Assembly (NCBI GenBank): GCA_963727315.1
Contig: CAVSFE010000002.1
Span: forward strand, 471,723 to 535,722
Direction of reading: 5' to 3'
Length of the DNA: 64,000 nucleotides
DNA from: an uncultured Chloroflexia bacterium
GTDB taxonomy: Bacteria; Chloroflexota; Dehalococcoidia; Dehalococcoidales; RBG-16-60-22
Position numbers and translations under genes: made by a program. Shown here piece by piece: positions 1-10,846 of this stretch. The stretch's first letter is position 1; each line of letters begins with the position of its first letter. Below the pieces are notes generated by a model. It searched no databases, was not told where the DNA came from, and worked only from the letters and a program-made list of their open reading frames with translations.

Positions 1-278
1 GCGTTAAGCTCGAGGAAAAAGTAAGCGTGAAGAAAGACCTGCCGCTATCCGGCCAGGAGTTCGTCGTGACGGGAACTCTGGAAGGGTTTACGCGGCAAGC
101 AGCGGAAGCCCGGATAAGGGAACTAGGAGGGGCGGCTAAAGACAGCATTACCAAAAAGACCCACTACTTAATAGTAGGCGCCGACCCCGGCTCAAAGCTG
201 GCCCGGGCGACGGAACTGGGCATCAAGACGATAAACGAACAGCAGTTTTTAGAGCTGCTCAAGAAGGCAGGCGGATGA
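1..278 (+). CDS. ligA: NAD-dependent DNA ligase, C-terminal fragment (BRCT domain); gene begins upstream of the window
   Basis: Frame 3 is open from position 3 to the stop at 278. The sequence LSGQEFVVTGTLEGFTRQAAEARIRELGGAAKDSITKKTHYLIVGADPGSKLARATELGI is the typical LigA BRCT tail. Confidence 0.8.
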   Translation, partial: VKLEEKVSVKKDLPLSGQEFVVTGTLEGFTRQAAEARIRELGGAAKDSITKKTHYLIVGADPGSKLARATELGIKTINEQQFLELLKKAGG

Positions 279-853
279 AACTAATCGTGGGGCTGGGAAA
301 CCCCGGGTTTTTATACGCCCGCAACCGGCACAATATCGGCTTCATGTGCGTCAGCCACCTGGCCAAAAAGCGGAAAATCACCTTCGACAGGAAGCAAGGG
401 CACGCCCGGACGGGCATCGGCAACATAGCCGGCCGCAGGGTCGTGCTGGCGCGCCCGCAGACGTATATGAACGCCAGCGGGGAATCGGTGAGCGCGCTCA
501 TGAAAAAGCTCAACGTCAGTGCGGCCGACCTCATCGTTATCCACGATGACCTCGACCTCCCACCGGGAAAGATACGCTTGCGTTTCGGCGGCAGCTCGGG
601 CGGGCACAAGGGCATCGATTCCATCATCGCTCACATCGGCACACAGGACTTCTACCGCGTCCGGGTGGGCATCGGGCGACCGGAAATCGATGCAAAAGAC
701 GCCGATAAAGAAAGCGCTGTCGTCGACTACGTCCTCAGGGATTTCAACCGCGAAGAAAAAAAGATAATCGATAATGTCATTCCGCAGGTCAGCGAGGCCA
801 TCGAATTTCTGGTGTCCGAGGGCCTAAACGCGGCGATGAACAGGTACAACTAA
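275..853 (+). CDS. pth: peptidyl-tRNA hydrolase
   Basis: 192 aa with the N-terminal MKLIVGLGNPG...NRHNIGF pattern of Pth. ATGA overlap with the ligA stop. Confidence 0.9.
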   Translation: MKLIVGLGNPGFLYARNRHNIGFMCVSHLAKKRKITFDRKQGHARTGIGNIAGRRVVLARPQTYMNASGESVSALMKKLNVSAADLIVIHDDLDLPPGKIRLRFGGSSGGHKGIDSIIAHIGTQDFYRVRVGIGRPEIDAKDADKESAVVDYVLRDFNREEKKIIDNVIPQVSEAIEFLVSEGLNAAMNRYN

Positions 854-863
854 ACAAAGAACG

Positions 864-3619
<2,756 letters not shown>

Positions 3620-3631
3620 TATAATTAATCA

Positions 3632-4651
3632 ATGAAAAAAATCGGCATCACCACCACCGTCCCGGTGGAAATCCTCATCGCCGCCGGCTACGAGCCGGTC
3701 GACCTCAACAACGTCCTCGTCAACGATACCGACCCCGGCCGACTCATCACCATCGCCGAGAGGGCCGGTTTCCCCCTCAACTGCTGCTCATGGATCAAGG
3801 GCATCTACGGGGTCTGCCTCGACAGGGGCATCGAGGACGTCATCTGCGTGACCAGCGGCGACTGCTCCAACACCATCATGCTCCGGGAAACGCTAAAGCT
3901 CAAGGGGCTCAACGCCATGGCCTTCGCCTATCCGGACCGGCCCGACAAAGAGCAGATGGACTATGCCCTGGAAAAGCTGGCGGCCATGCTGGGCACCACG
4001 CTTAAAGCCGCCGAAAAAGTCCGGAAAGAGCTGCAACCGGTCCGCGACTTTGCCATGAAGCTGGATGAAATGACCTGGAAAGACAATAAAGCCAGCGGCG
4101 GCGAGAACCATTTATGGTTAGTATCCGCCTCCGATTTCAACGGGGATTTTAATAAATATCAAAGGGATTTACAGAAATGGCTCGATACCGGCTCTCATCG
4201 AGAGCCGTACCCCGAGGGCGAAACCAGGCTGGCATACATCGGGGTGCCGGCGGTGTACGCTAAAGAGCTTTATCCGTTCATCGAGAAGCAGGGGGCGCGT
4301 GTCGTCTTTAACGAGGTCCAGCGGCAGTTCGCCATGCCCGAAGCGGGGGAGTCGCTCGCCGAGCAATACAGCTACTATACTTATCCCTACTCAATACAGG
4401 AGCGCATTAAAGACATCAAAACCGAAATCCCCCGACGGCGCATCGACGGGGTGATACATTACGTACAGGCGTTCTGCCACCGCGGCATCGGGGACATCAT
4501 CTTCCGGGACGCGATAGACTTACCCATGCTCACGCTGGAGGGCAACGCCGACTTTTTCCTGAACACGCATGTCAAGACCCGCATCGAGGCTTTTTTAGAC
4601 ATGATACAGAGAAGTCGAAAGAAAAAAACCAGCCAGGCGGCGAAAAAATAA
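3632..4651 (+). CDS. 2-hydroxyacyl-CoA dehydratase (HgdB/BcrC-like) family protein
   Basis: 339 aa. N-terminal KKIGITTTVPVEILIAAGYEPVDL and the Cys motifs (NCCSW, SGDCSN, FCHRG) resemble this family. Call is by eye. Confidence 0.6.
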   Translation: MKKIGITTTVPVEILIAAGYEPVDLNNVLVNDTDPGRLITIAERAGFPLNCCSWIKGIYGVCLDRGIEDVICVTSGDCSNTIMLRETLKLKGLNAMAFAYPDRPDKEQMDYALEKLAAMLGTTLKAAEKVRKELQPVRDFAMKLDEMTWKDNKASGGENHLWLVSASDFNGDFNKYQRDLQKWLDTGSHREPYPEGETRLAYIGVPAVYAKELYPFIEKQGARVVFNEVQRQFAMPEAGESLAEQYSYYTYPYSIQERIKDIKTEIPRRRIDGVIHYVQAFCHRGIGDIIFRDAIDLPMLTLEGNADFFLNTHVKTRIEAFLDMIQRSRKKKTSQAAKK

Positions 4652-5695
<1,044 letters not shown>

Positions 5696-5790
5696 AAAAA
5701 ACTTAACGATTTCCGGGAACCGATTCGCTTTTCGTTTTTTTATTTTTTATTTTTAATTTTGAAGCTGAGGCGCTTAATTTTATAGCTGAT

Positions 5791-5934
5791 ATTCGTTTTT
5801 CGATTTATGTCAATTCAGCTTCAAAATCCCGTTTATTCGTTTTTCGATTTATGTTAAATCAGGTTCAAAATCCGGGTATTCGTTTTTTAAAGTCCGTCAT
5901 TCGTTTTTAATGTTATGTTAAGCTAGCTAAATCC
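5791..5934. repeat. AT-rich tandem array of degenerate ~43-44 bp units, each beginning ATTCGTTTTT
   Basis: Copies at 5791-5829 and 5835-5873 are near identical (ATTCGTTTTTCGATTTATGT.AA.TCAG.TTCAAAATCC). Shorter or degenerate copies lie at 5878-5895 and 5899-5934. Confidence 0.8.
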
Positions 5935-6002
5935 CCCACTTATACCGCCAATATAAGTTACATTAAAAGCGGTAAGGAAGCAAGAGAATTTTGTCACTAT
6001 TT

Positions 6003-6300
6003 GACCTCACCCCCTACCCCCTCTCCAAACCTTAGATTAATTTAATAGTTTTATATTTTGTTTGGAGAGGGGGATAGCAATTGAGAGGGGCTGGCGCCCC
6101 TCTCGCTGACGCACTCCGTTTAGCGGAACGAAAAAACCTCTCAATCTCCCTTTACGAAAGGGAGAAGCTATATACGTACCCCATTTTCCCTCACCTATGG
6201 ATTCAAGCTTTCGCTAAAATGACAAAACAAGCGAGGTGTTTAAGAGGGGTCACGACCCCTCTTTCTTTTTCTTCCCCCTCTCCGTCGACGGAGAGGGGGA
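6003..6300. repeat. cluster of nested REP/MITE-like hairpins (CCCCTCTCC / GGAGAGGGG family)
   Basis: Inverted repeats: 6017-6030/6060-6073, 6083-6104, 6145-6165, 6242-6263 (followed by a T-run) and 6275-6300. The ACCTCACCCCCT leader at 6003-6014 recurs at 26709 and 38444. Confidence 0.8.
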
Positions 6301-6353
6301 TTAAGGGGGTGAGGTTGAGTCTCAATTCAACACTCGAACGGCATATTACCAGA

Positions 6354-6383
6354 TTGACTTTCCGGGGCGGAAATGGCTAGAAT
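6354..6383 (+). promoter_or_regulatory. candidate sigma70-type promoter for CetZ-like gene 1
   Basis: TTGACT (6354-6359), 18-nt spacer, TAGAAT (6378-6383). GGAGAGG RBS lies just before ATG 6409. Confidence 0.45.
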
Positions 6384-6408
6384 TAAGAAACAACCGGAGA
6401 GGTAAACA

Positions 6409-7584
6409 ATGAAGCTAGTCGTGGTGGGTTTCGGGCAATGCGGCGGCAGGATTGCCGACGAGTTCGCCCGTCTCAATAAAAGGGCGCGCGGCCTGCGCGG
6501 GCTCAACATCATCGCCGGTTCTTACGCGGTCAATACCGACCTCGCCGACCTCAGCGGGCTGCACACCATAAAGTCCAATTTCAGTCAGCGCATCGTCATC
6601 GGCAAGAAAAAGACCGGCGGCCACGGCGTGGGCAAAATCAACGAGCTCGGCGCGGAGATAGCCCGCGAAGACGCCGACATGGTCATCGAGACCATCCGGA
6701 ACACCGAAGACTTCGCCGAAACGGACGCCTTCCTGCTGGTCGCCAGCGCCGGCGGCGGCACCGGCTCCGGGGCGATACCGGTCATGACGCAGCAAATAAA
6801 AGAACGCTACGTCGATAAACCGGTCTATAACCTGATAGTCCTGCCCTTCGAGCACGAGGTCGTCACCGAAGACAGGACCGTCTATAACGTGGCCACCTGC
6901 CTGAAGTCCAGCTACCTCGTAGCCGACGCCATCTTCCTCGTCGATAACCAGCGCTACGTCATGAAAGACTCGTCGCTCACGCACAACCTCGCCAAGATAA
7001 ACACGACCATCGTGCAGCCGTTTTTCAACCTGCTCTGCGCCGGCGAAGAAAAAAAGGCGCAGTACATCGGCGCCAAGATACTCGACGCCGGCGACATCAT
7101 CCAGACGCTGGTGGGCTGGACGACCCTCGGCTACGGGCGGTCAGAGACCTCGATTTTCAAATCGTTCTGGCCGGTGTCGCGCAACTTCCGGGACAAAGCC
7201 CACGAAACGCAAAAGGGCATCCACGCGCTCGACGAGGCCATCAGCGGGCTTTCGATAAAGTGCAATCCGCTGGACTCGAAGCGGGCGCTGTACCTCGTAT
7301 CCGCCCCGGCCGAAGAAATCAACGTCGACCTGATAAAAGAGCTGGGAACATATATCAAGAACATGGCGCCGGAAGCCATCATCAGGAGCGGCGACTATCC
7401 CCGGGAGAAAGGCAACCTGGACGTCACCATCATACTCTCGGAGATGAGCGACGTGGAAAAGGTGAGGAGCTATTTCACCAAGGCCATCAACCTCATCGCG
7501 GAGCTCAAGAAGCGGCAGGAAGGCCTGGTAAGCACGCAGCGGGGCATCGATATCACGATTAAAGATATCCCATCGCTGCTGTAA
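6409..7584 (+). CDS. tubulin/FtsZ-superfamily GTPase, CetZ-like (copy 1)
   Basis: 391 aa. Motifs: GFGQCGGRIADEF, AVNTDLADL, GHGVGKINELGAEIA, tubulin signature GGGTGSG (nt 6751-6771) and T7-like FLVDNQRY. C-terminal tail is KDIPSLL. Confidence 0.8.
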   Translation: MKLVVVGFGQCGGRIADEFARLNKRARGLRGLNIIAGSYAVNTDLADLSGLHTIKSNFSQRIVIGKKKTGGHGVGKINELGAEIAREDADMVIETIRNTEDFAETDAFLLVASAGGGTGSGAIPVMTQQIKERYVDKPVYNLIVLPFEHEVVTEDRTVYNVATCLKSSYLVADAIFLVDNQRYVMKDSSLTHNLAKINTTIVQPFFNLLCAGEEKKAQYIGAKILDAGDIIQTLVGWTTLGYGRSETSIFKSFWPVSRNFRDKAHETQKGIHALDEAISGLSIKCNPLDSKRALYLVSAPAEEINVDLIKELGTYIKNMAPEAIIRSGDYPREKGNLDVTIILSEMSDVEKVRSYFTKAINLIAELKKRQEGLVSTQRGIDITIKDIPSLL

Positions 7585-7640
7585 GACAATCTCAAGTTAG
7601 CGCATTTTCCACCTTAGTGTAAAAAACTATCCTAAAAAAA

Positions 7641-7718
7641 GTCATTCCCGACTAGATTGGGAATCCAGCGCCTTTATTCCCGGCCCGGTCACTGGATTCC
7701 CGCTTTCGCGGGAATGAC
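7641..7718. repeat. double-hairpin REP-like element bounded by GTCATTCCCG...CGGGAATGAC
   Basis: Second copy at 28291-28364. The shared core is TGGATTCCCGCTTTCGCGGGAATGAC. Confidence 0.8.
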
Positions 7719-7748
7719 ATATTGATAATCTATATTTTTACGAAGTAC

Positions 7749-8237
7749 CTATCTGGCAATCTTGGAATAAATCTGCCAGGCCTGCTCGATGGTCTCGTCG
7801 CGGACTTTCCAGGCCTTCTCGACATGCTCGTCACGGACGCGGGTGGCCTCGGCGATAGCGGCGTCGCAGGCGCCGGTGGCCGCTTCGACGGCGACGCGGT
7901 AGGCTTCCTCGGCTTTAGCGATGATGCCCTCGCGGGTCGTGGCGGCCCTGGCCATGGCCTGCTCGCGGTCCTTTAAAGCCTGCGCCACGGTGGCCTCGTA
8001 AGACCGGTGCGACTGCGCTTCCGCCCGTTTATAGGCCTTAGCGACCTGCATCTCGTTCTCGTGGTAAGCCTTGGCGACCTGACGCTCGGCGTCCATATAG
8101 GCGGCATAAGCCCTCTCGGCCTGGCTCATGACCTCATCAAGGGCGCTCTTGGGTCGTTCCCCGGCGGCCGCCTCGGCCCCCTCGGCAGGGACTTCTACTT
8201 CTATCGGTTTTTTAGGTCTGTCTTTCTGGCTAGGCAC
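7749..8237 (-). CDS. hypothetical alpha-helical protein with 11-residue (hendecad) repeats
   Basis: 162 aa. GTG start is preceded by AAGGAGGTG. Repeats include QVAKAYHENEM/QVAKAYKRAEA/QSHRSYEATVA. No family recognised. Confidence 0.65.
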   Translation of the reverse strand: MPSQKDRPKKPIEVEVPAEGAEAAAGERPKSALDEVMSQAERAYAAYMDAERQVAKAYHENEMQVAKAYKRAEAQSHRSYEATVAQALKDREQAMARAATTREGIIAKAEEAYRVAVEAATGACDAAIAEATRVRDEHVEKAWKVRDETIEQAWQIYSKIAR

Positions 8238-8295
8238 CAGACACCTCCTTCAGCTTATCTCAGGTTATTTATTCGAACGTAACGACACAGTGCCA

Positions 8296-8324
8296 AGTAT
8301 ATGGTGCGGTGGGTAAAAAGTCAA
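8296..8324 (-). promoter_or_regulatory. candidate sigma70-type promoter for the 162-aa gene
   Basis: On the minus strand: TTGACT (8319-8324), 17-nt spacer, TATACT (8296-8301). Confidence 0.45.
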
Positions 8325-8350
8325 GCAAATTTCTCTCAGTTTTATGAGGG

Positions 8351-10621
8351 TTAATCCCCATTTTCTTCGGTATCTTCGGCGTCCGCCCCCCTCCTGGCCT
8401 GCTGGTTCCTCTTGGCCTCGTACATCCGGGCCAGAGACTCCAGGCGGGACTCCATCTTACCTTTAGACTCTTTATCAGCTTTTTTATCGGTCTGGCCGGC
8501 CTTTTCCATGGCCTGTTTCATATTCTCGAGGGCGGCTTCAGTGGACTGAAAAGGTCCCGGCTCTTTTTCTTCCGCCTCGTCCCGGGGCCCTTCAGCGCCG
8601 GCAGGTTTTTCGACTTCGGTTATCTCTTCGGACTCTTCATCTTCGCCGGCCAGCGCGCCCTGGTGCAGCGTGGCCTGATAGGCCTTGAGCGATGCCTCGG
8701 CGGTGTCGCGGGCGACCTGGCCGGTGGCCTCGGCGCGGCTGATGGCCTCCCTGAAGGCGGTGATAGAAACGCCGGCCGCCTCCCGGGCCACCCTGGCCGA
8801 GGCTTCGGTCGCCTCCTTGACCGCCTTTACCGTTCTCTCCGCCGATTCCCTGGCGGCTTTAATCAGACTGCCGGTTACCTCCCGGGCGGCCTTCACCGCG
8901 GCCTCGGCGGCTTCCTTGGTCTCGCGGCTCACCTGCTCCGCCCGGGCGATAGCGGCCCGGATTTCCTTCTCCGAAGCCGCGGCGATCTCCATGGCGCTGG
9001 CCTCGGCGATATTGATAGCCTCTTTAACGGTCTTCAGCGATGCCTCCGCCGTCTCCCTGGCCGAAAGGTTCAACTCCTCGGCTTTAGCCACCGCCTCCTC
9101 GGACTGTTTTACGGTCGCCGCAATAGCCTCCCGGGCGGCTTTCGCCGATGCCTCGGCGGTCTTTTTAGCCGCGGCGGCAATCTTTTCCATCCGGGAGACG
9201 GTCTCCCGGAACTCGGCGGACGACGCCTCGACCATCGCCCTGGTCTCCTGGCCGATGGCCTCGGCCCTGGCGATAGCTTCCTTCGATTGCTCGGTCGACT
9301 GCCGCGAGGCCTCCTGAGCGGCCTGAGCGGCATTGGCGGCGGCCTCCTCAGTGGCCTGAGCGGCCGCGGTCACGGCTTCCTGGGTCGCCTTGGCGGACGC
9401 CTCGGCCGACTTGCGGGCGGCCTGGGCGGACGCCTGGGCGACCGCGGCGGCCTCCTTACCCTCTTCCTCCGCCCGGGCGATAGTGGCCTGAATATCGCTA
9501 GCGGTGGCCTCGGCAAGGTCACGGGTCTCCCGGCTGATCTGCTCGGCGCGGGCGACCGCCTCGCGGAACTCATCGGCGGCCAGCGCCGCGCCGGATTTAG
9601 CTTCCTTACCGATGGTCTCCGCCTGGGCCATGGCCTCGCGGGAGGCCTTGACCGACGCCGCCGAGGCTTCCCTGGCCATTTTTACGGCGGCTTCCGTTAT
9701 CGCCTTCGTCTCCTCGACGATATCCTCGGCCCGGCGCATCGTTTCCTGGGCAGCTTTTTGCAGGGTATCGGTGAACAGCCTGGCCTCACGCTGGCTGGCT
9801 TCAATCTTGTTCAACGTCTCCTGGGACGACCTCTGGGCGGCATCGGCGACCTCGCGGGCGACCTTGCTGATGGTCTCCGAGCGGGTAGCCGCTTCCTCCG
9901 CCGCCTTGGCCGAGAGGTCGGCCGCCTCGCGGGTCGATTTGCTCGCCCGCTCCGCCCGGACGACGGTTTCCTTGGCGGCTTTATTGGCGGCATCGGCGGC
10001 CTCCTTGGCTTCACGAGCCAGCCGGTCCGCCCGGAGGGCCGCATCCCGGGTAGCCTTAATGGATTCTTCGGCGGCTTCCCTGGCGGTCTTGACGGTCGCC
10101 TCGGCCAGGCTGACCGCCTCCTCCGACGCCTCGCGGGCGGAATCCGACGTCTTTTTCGCCTCGCGGCTGAGCTCGTCGATGCGGCCCAGCCCTTCCTGGG
10201 ACAACATCAGCGCCGACTCCGCGGCGTGCATCGCCTCGGAGGTAGACTTTTCGGCGCGGGCGATGGCTTCCTCGAAGACCTTAGTCATCGACTCCGTGGT
10301 CTCTTTGGGCCGGCGGGCGACTTCCTCCGCCCGGCTGATGGCTTCGCGGGCGGCCTGAATGGCGGCCTCGGCGGACTCCCTGGCCTCGCGGCTGATCTGC
10401 TCGGCGCGGGTGACGGCATCCTGGGCGGCCTTAGCGGCGGCCTCGGCGGCCTCCTTGGCCTCCCGGCCTATCTGCTCCGCCCGGAGGGCCGCTTCCACAG
10501 CGGTCCTGGTCGATATCCCGGCGGCCTGCCGAGCCGCCCGGCTCAAGGCCTCCGCCCTGGCGACCGCCTTCTCAAAGTCGCTGGTATTCTTATCAACGCC
10601 CTGGCTGGTGTCAGGAGACAT
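8351..10621 (-). CDS. hypothetical 756-aa Ala/Glu/Arg/Lys-rich repeat protein (predicted long helical/coiled-coil rod with acidic C-terminal tail)
   Basis: ATG is preceded by GGAGGA. Repeat domain runs about aa 22-654 (nt 8660-10558) in a 25-residue register anchored on RAE. The + strand ORFs here are Gly/Leu/Arg-rich shadows. Confidence 0.75.
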   Translation of the reverse strand: MSPDTSQGVDKNTSDFEKAVARAEALSRAARQAAGISTRTAVEAALRAEQIGREAKEAAEAAAKAAQDAVTRAEQISREARESAEAAIQAAREAISRAEEVARRPKETTESMTKVFEEAIARAEKSTSEAMHAAESALMLSQEGLGRIDELSREAKKTSDSAREASEEAVSLAEATVKTAREAAEESIKATRDAALRADRLAREAKEAADAANKAAKETVVRAERASKSTREAADLSAKAAEEAATRSETISKVAREVADAAQRSSQETLNKIEASQREARLFTDTLQKAAQETMRRAEDIVEETKAITEAAVKMAREASAASVKASREAMAQAETIGKEAKSGAALAADEFREAVARAEQISRETRDLAEATASDIQATIARAEEEGKEAAAVAQASAQAARKSAEASAKATQEAVTAAAQATEEAAANAAQAAQEASRQSTEQSKEAIARAEAIGQETRAMVEASSAEFRETVSRMEKIAAAAKKTAEASAKAAREAIAATVKQSEEAVAKAEELNLSARETAEASLKTVKEAINIAEASAMEIAAASEKEIRAAIARAEQVSRETKEAAEAAVKAAREVTGSLIKAARESAERTVKAVKEATEASARVAREAAGVSITAFREAISRAEATGQVARDTAEASLKAYQATLHQGALAGEDEESEEITEVEKPAGAEGPRDEAEEKEPGPFQSTEAALENMKQAMEKAGQTDKKADKESKGKMESRLESLARMYEAKRNQQARRGADAEDTEENGD

Positions 10622-10653
10622 TAATCATCCTCCCCGATAAATGACGCCCCCCT

Positions 10654-10682
10654 ATTATATTATTCAATCCCCAGTTTTTCAA
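10654..10682 (-). promoter_or_regulatory. candidate sigma70-type promoter for the 756-aa gene
   Basis: On the minus strand: TTGAAA (10677-10682), 17-nt spacer, TATAAT (10654-10659). A 7-5-7 inverted repeat GGATTTT/AAAATCC lies at 10693-10711, just upstream. Confidence 0.5.
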
Positions 10683-10776
10683 CAAAGCGGCGGGATTTTC
10701 CTGAAAAATCCGCTATCTCCCAACGTGACGCATTTGACAGTACCAAAATATATTACATAAGTCACGGAACTAAAGA

Positions 10777-10805
10777 TTGACATTGCAAGCTAATTATGTT
10801 AAAAA
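10777..10805 (+). promoter_or_regulatory. possible promoter for CetZ-like gene 2
   Basis: TTGACA (10777-10782), 17-nt spacer, TAAAAA (10800-10805). The -10 element is weak. Confidence 0.3.
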
Positions 10806-10846
10806 TAGCTTAAGGTCATCAGGATTTTTTATCATCGAGGTGCAAG

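Noticed and set aside
5791-5934. Possible CRISPR array
   Set aside because: The repeats are AT-rich, degenerate and directly abutting, without unique spacers. No cas genes or leader are present in the window.
5696-6080. AT-rich region as a replication origin
   Set aside because: No TTATCCACA/TGTGGATAA DnaA boxes are visible, and no dnaA/dnaN is adjacent. Proximity to dnaX is not an origin marker.
6081-6380. 99-aa ORF in the gap/CetZ-like intergenic region
   Set aside because: It runs straight through the stacked REP-like hairpins and has no RBS. Its sequence is dictated by palindromes.
8663-10624. 653-aa + strand ORF, plus several 200-280-aa ORFs in other frames, covering the same DNA as the 756-aa gene
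   Set aside because: The translations are Gly/Leu/Arg/Pro-rich low-complexity strings with no start context. They are kept open only by the GC-rich 75-bp periodic repeat. The minus-strand frame has a GGAGGA RBS, a promoter candidate and a coherent helical repeat.
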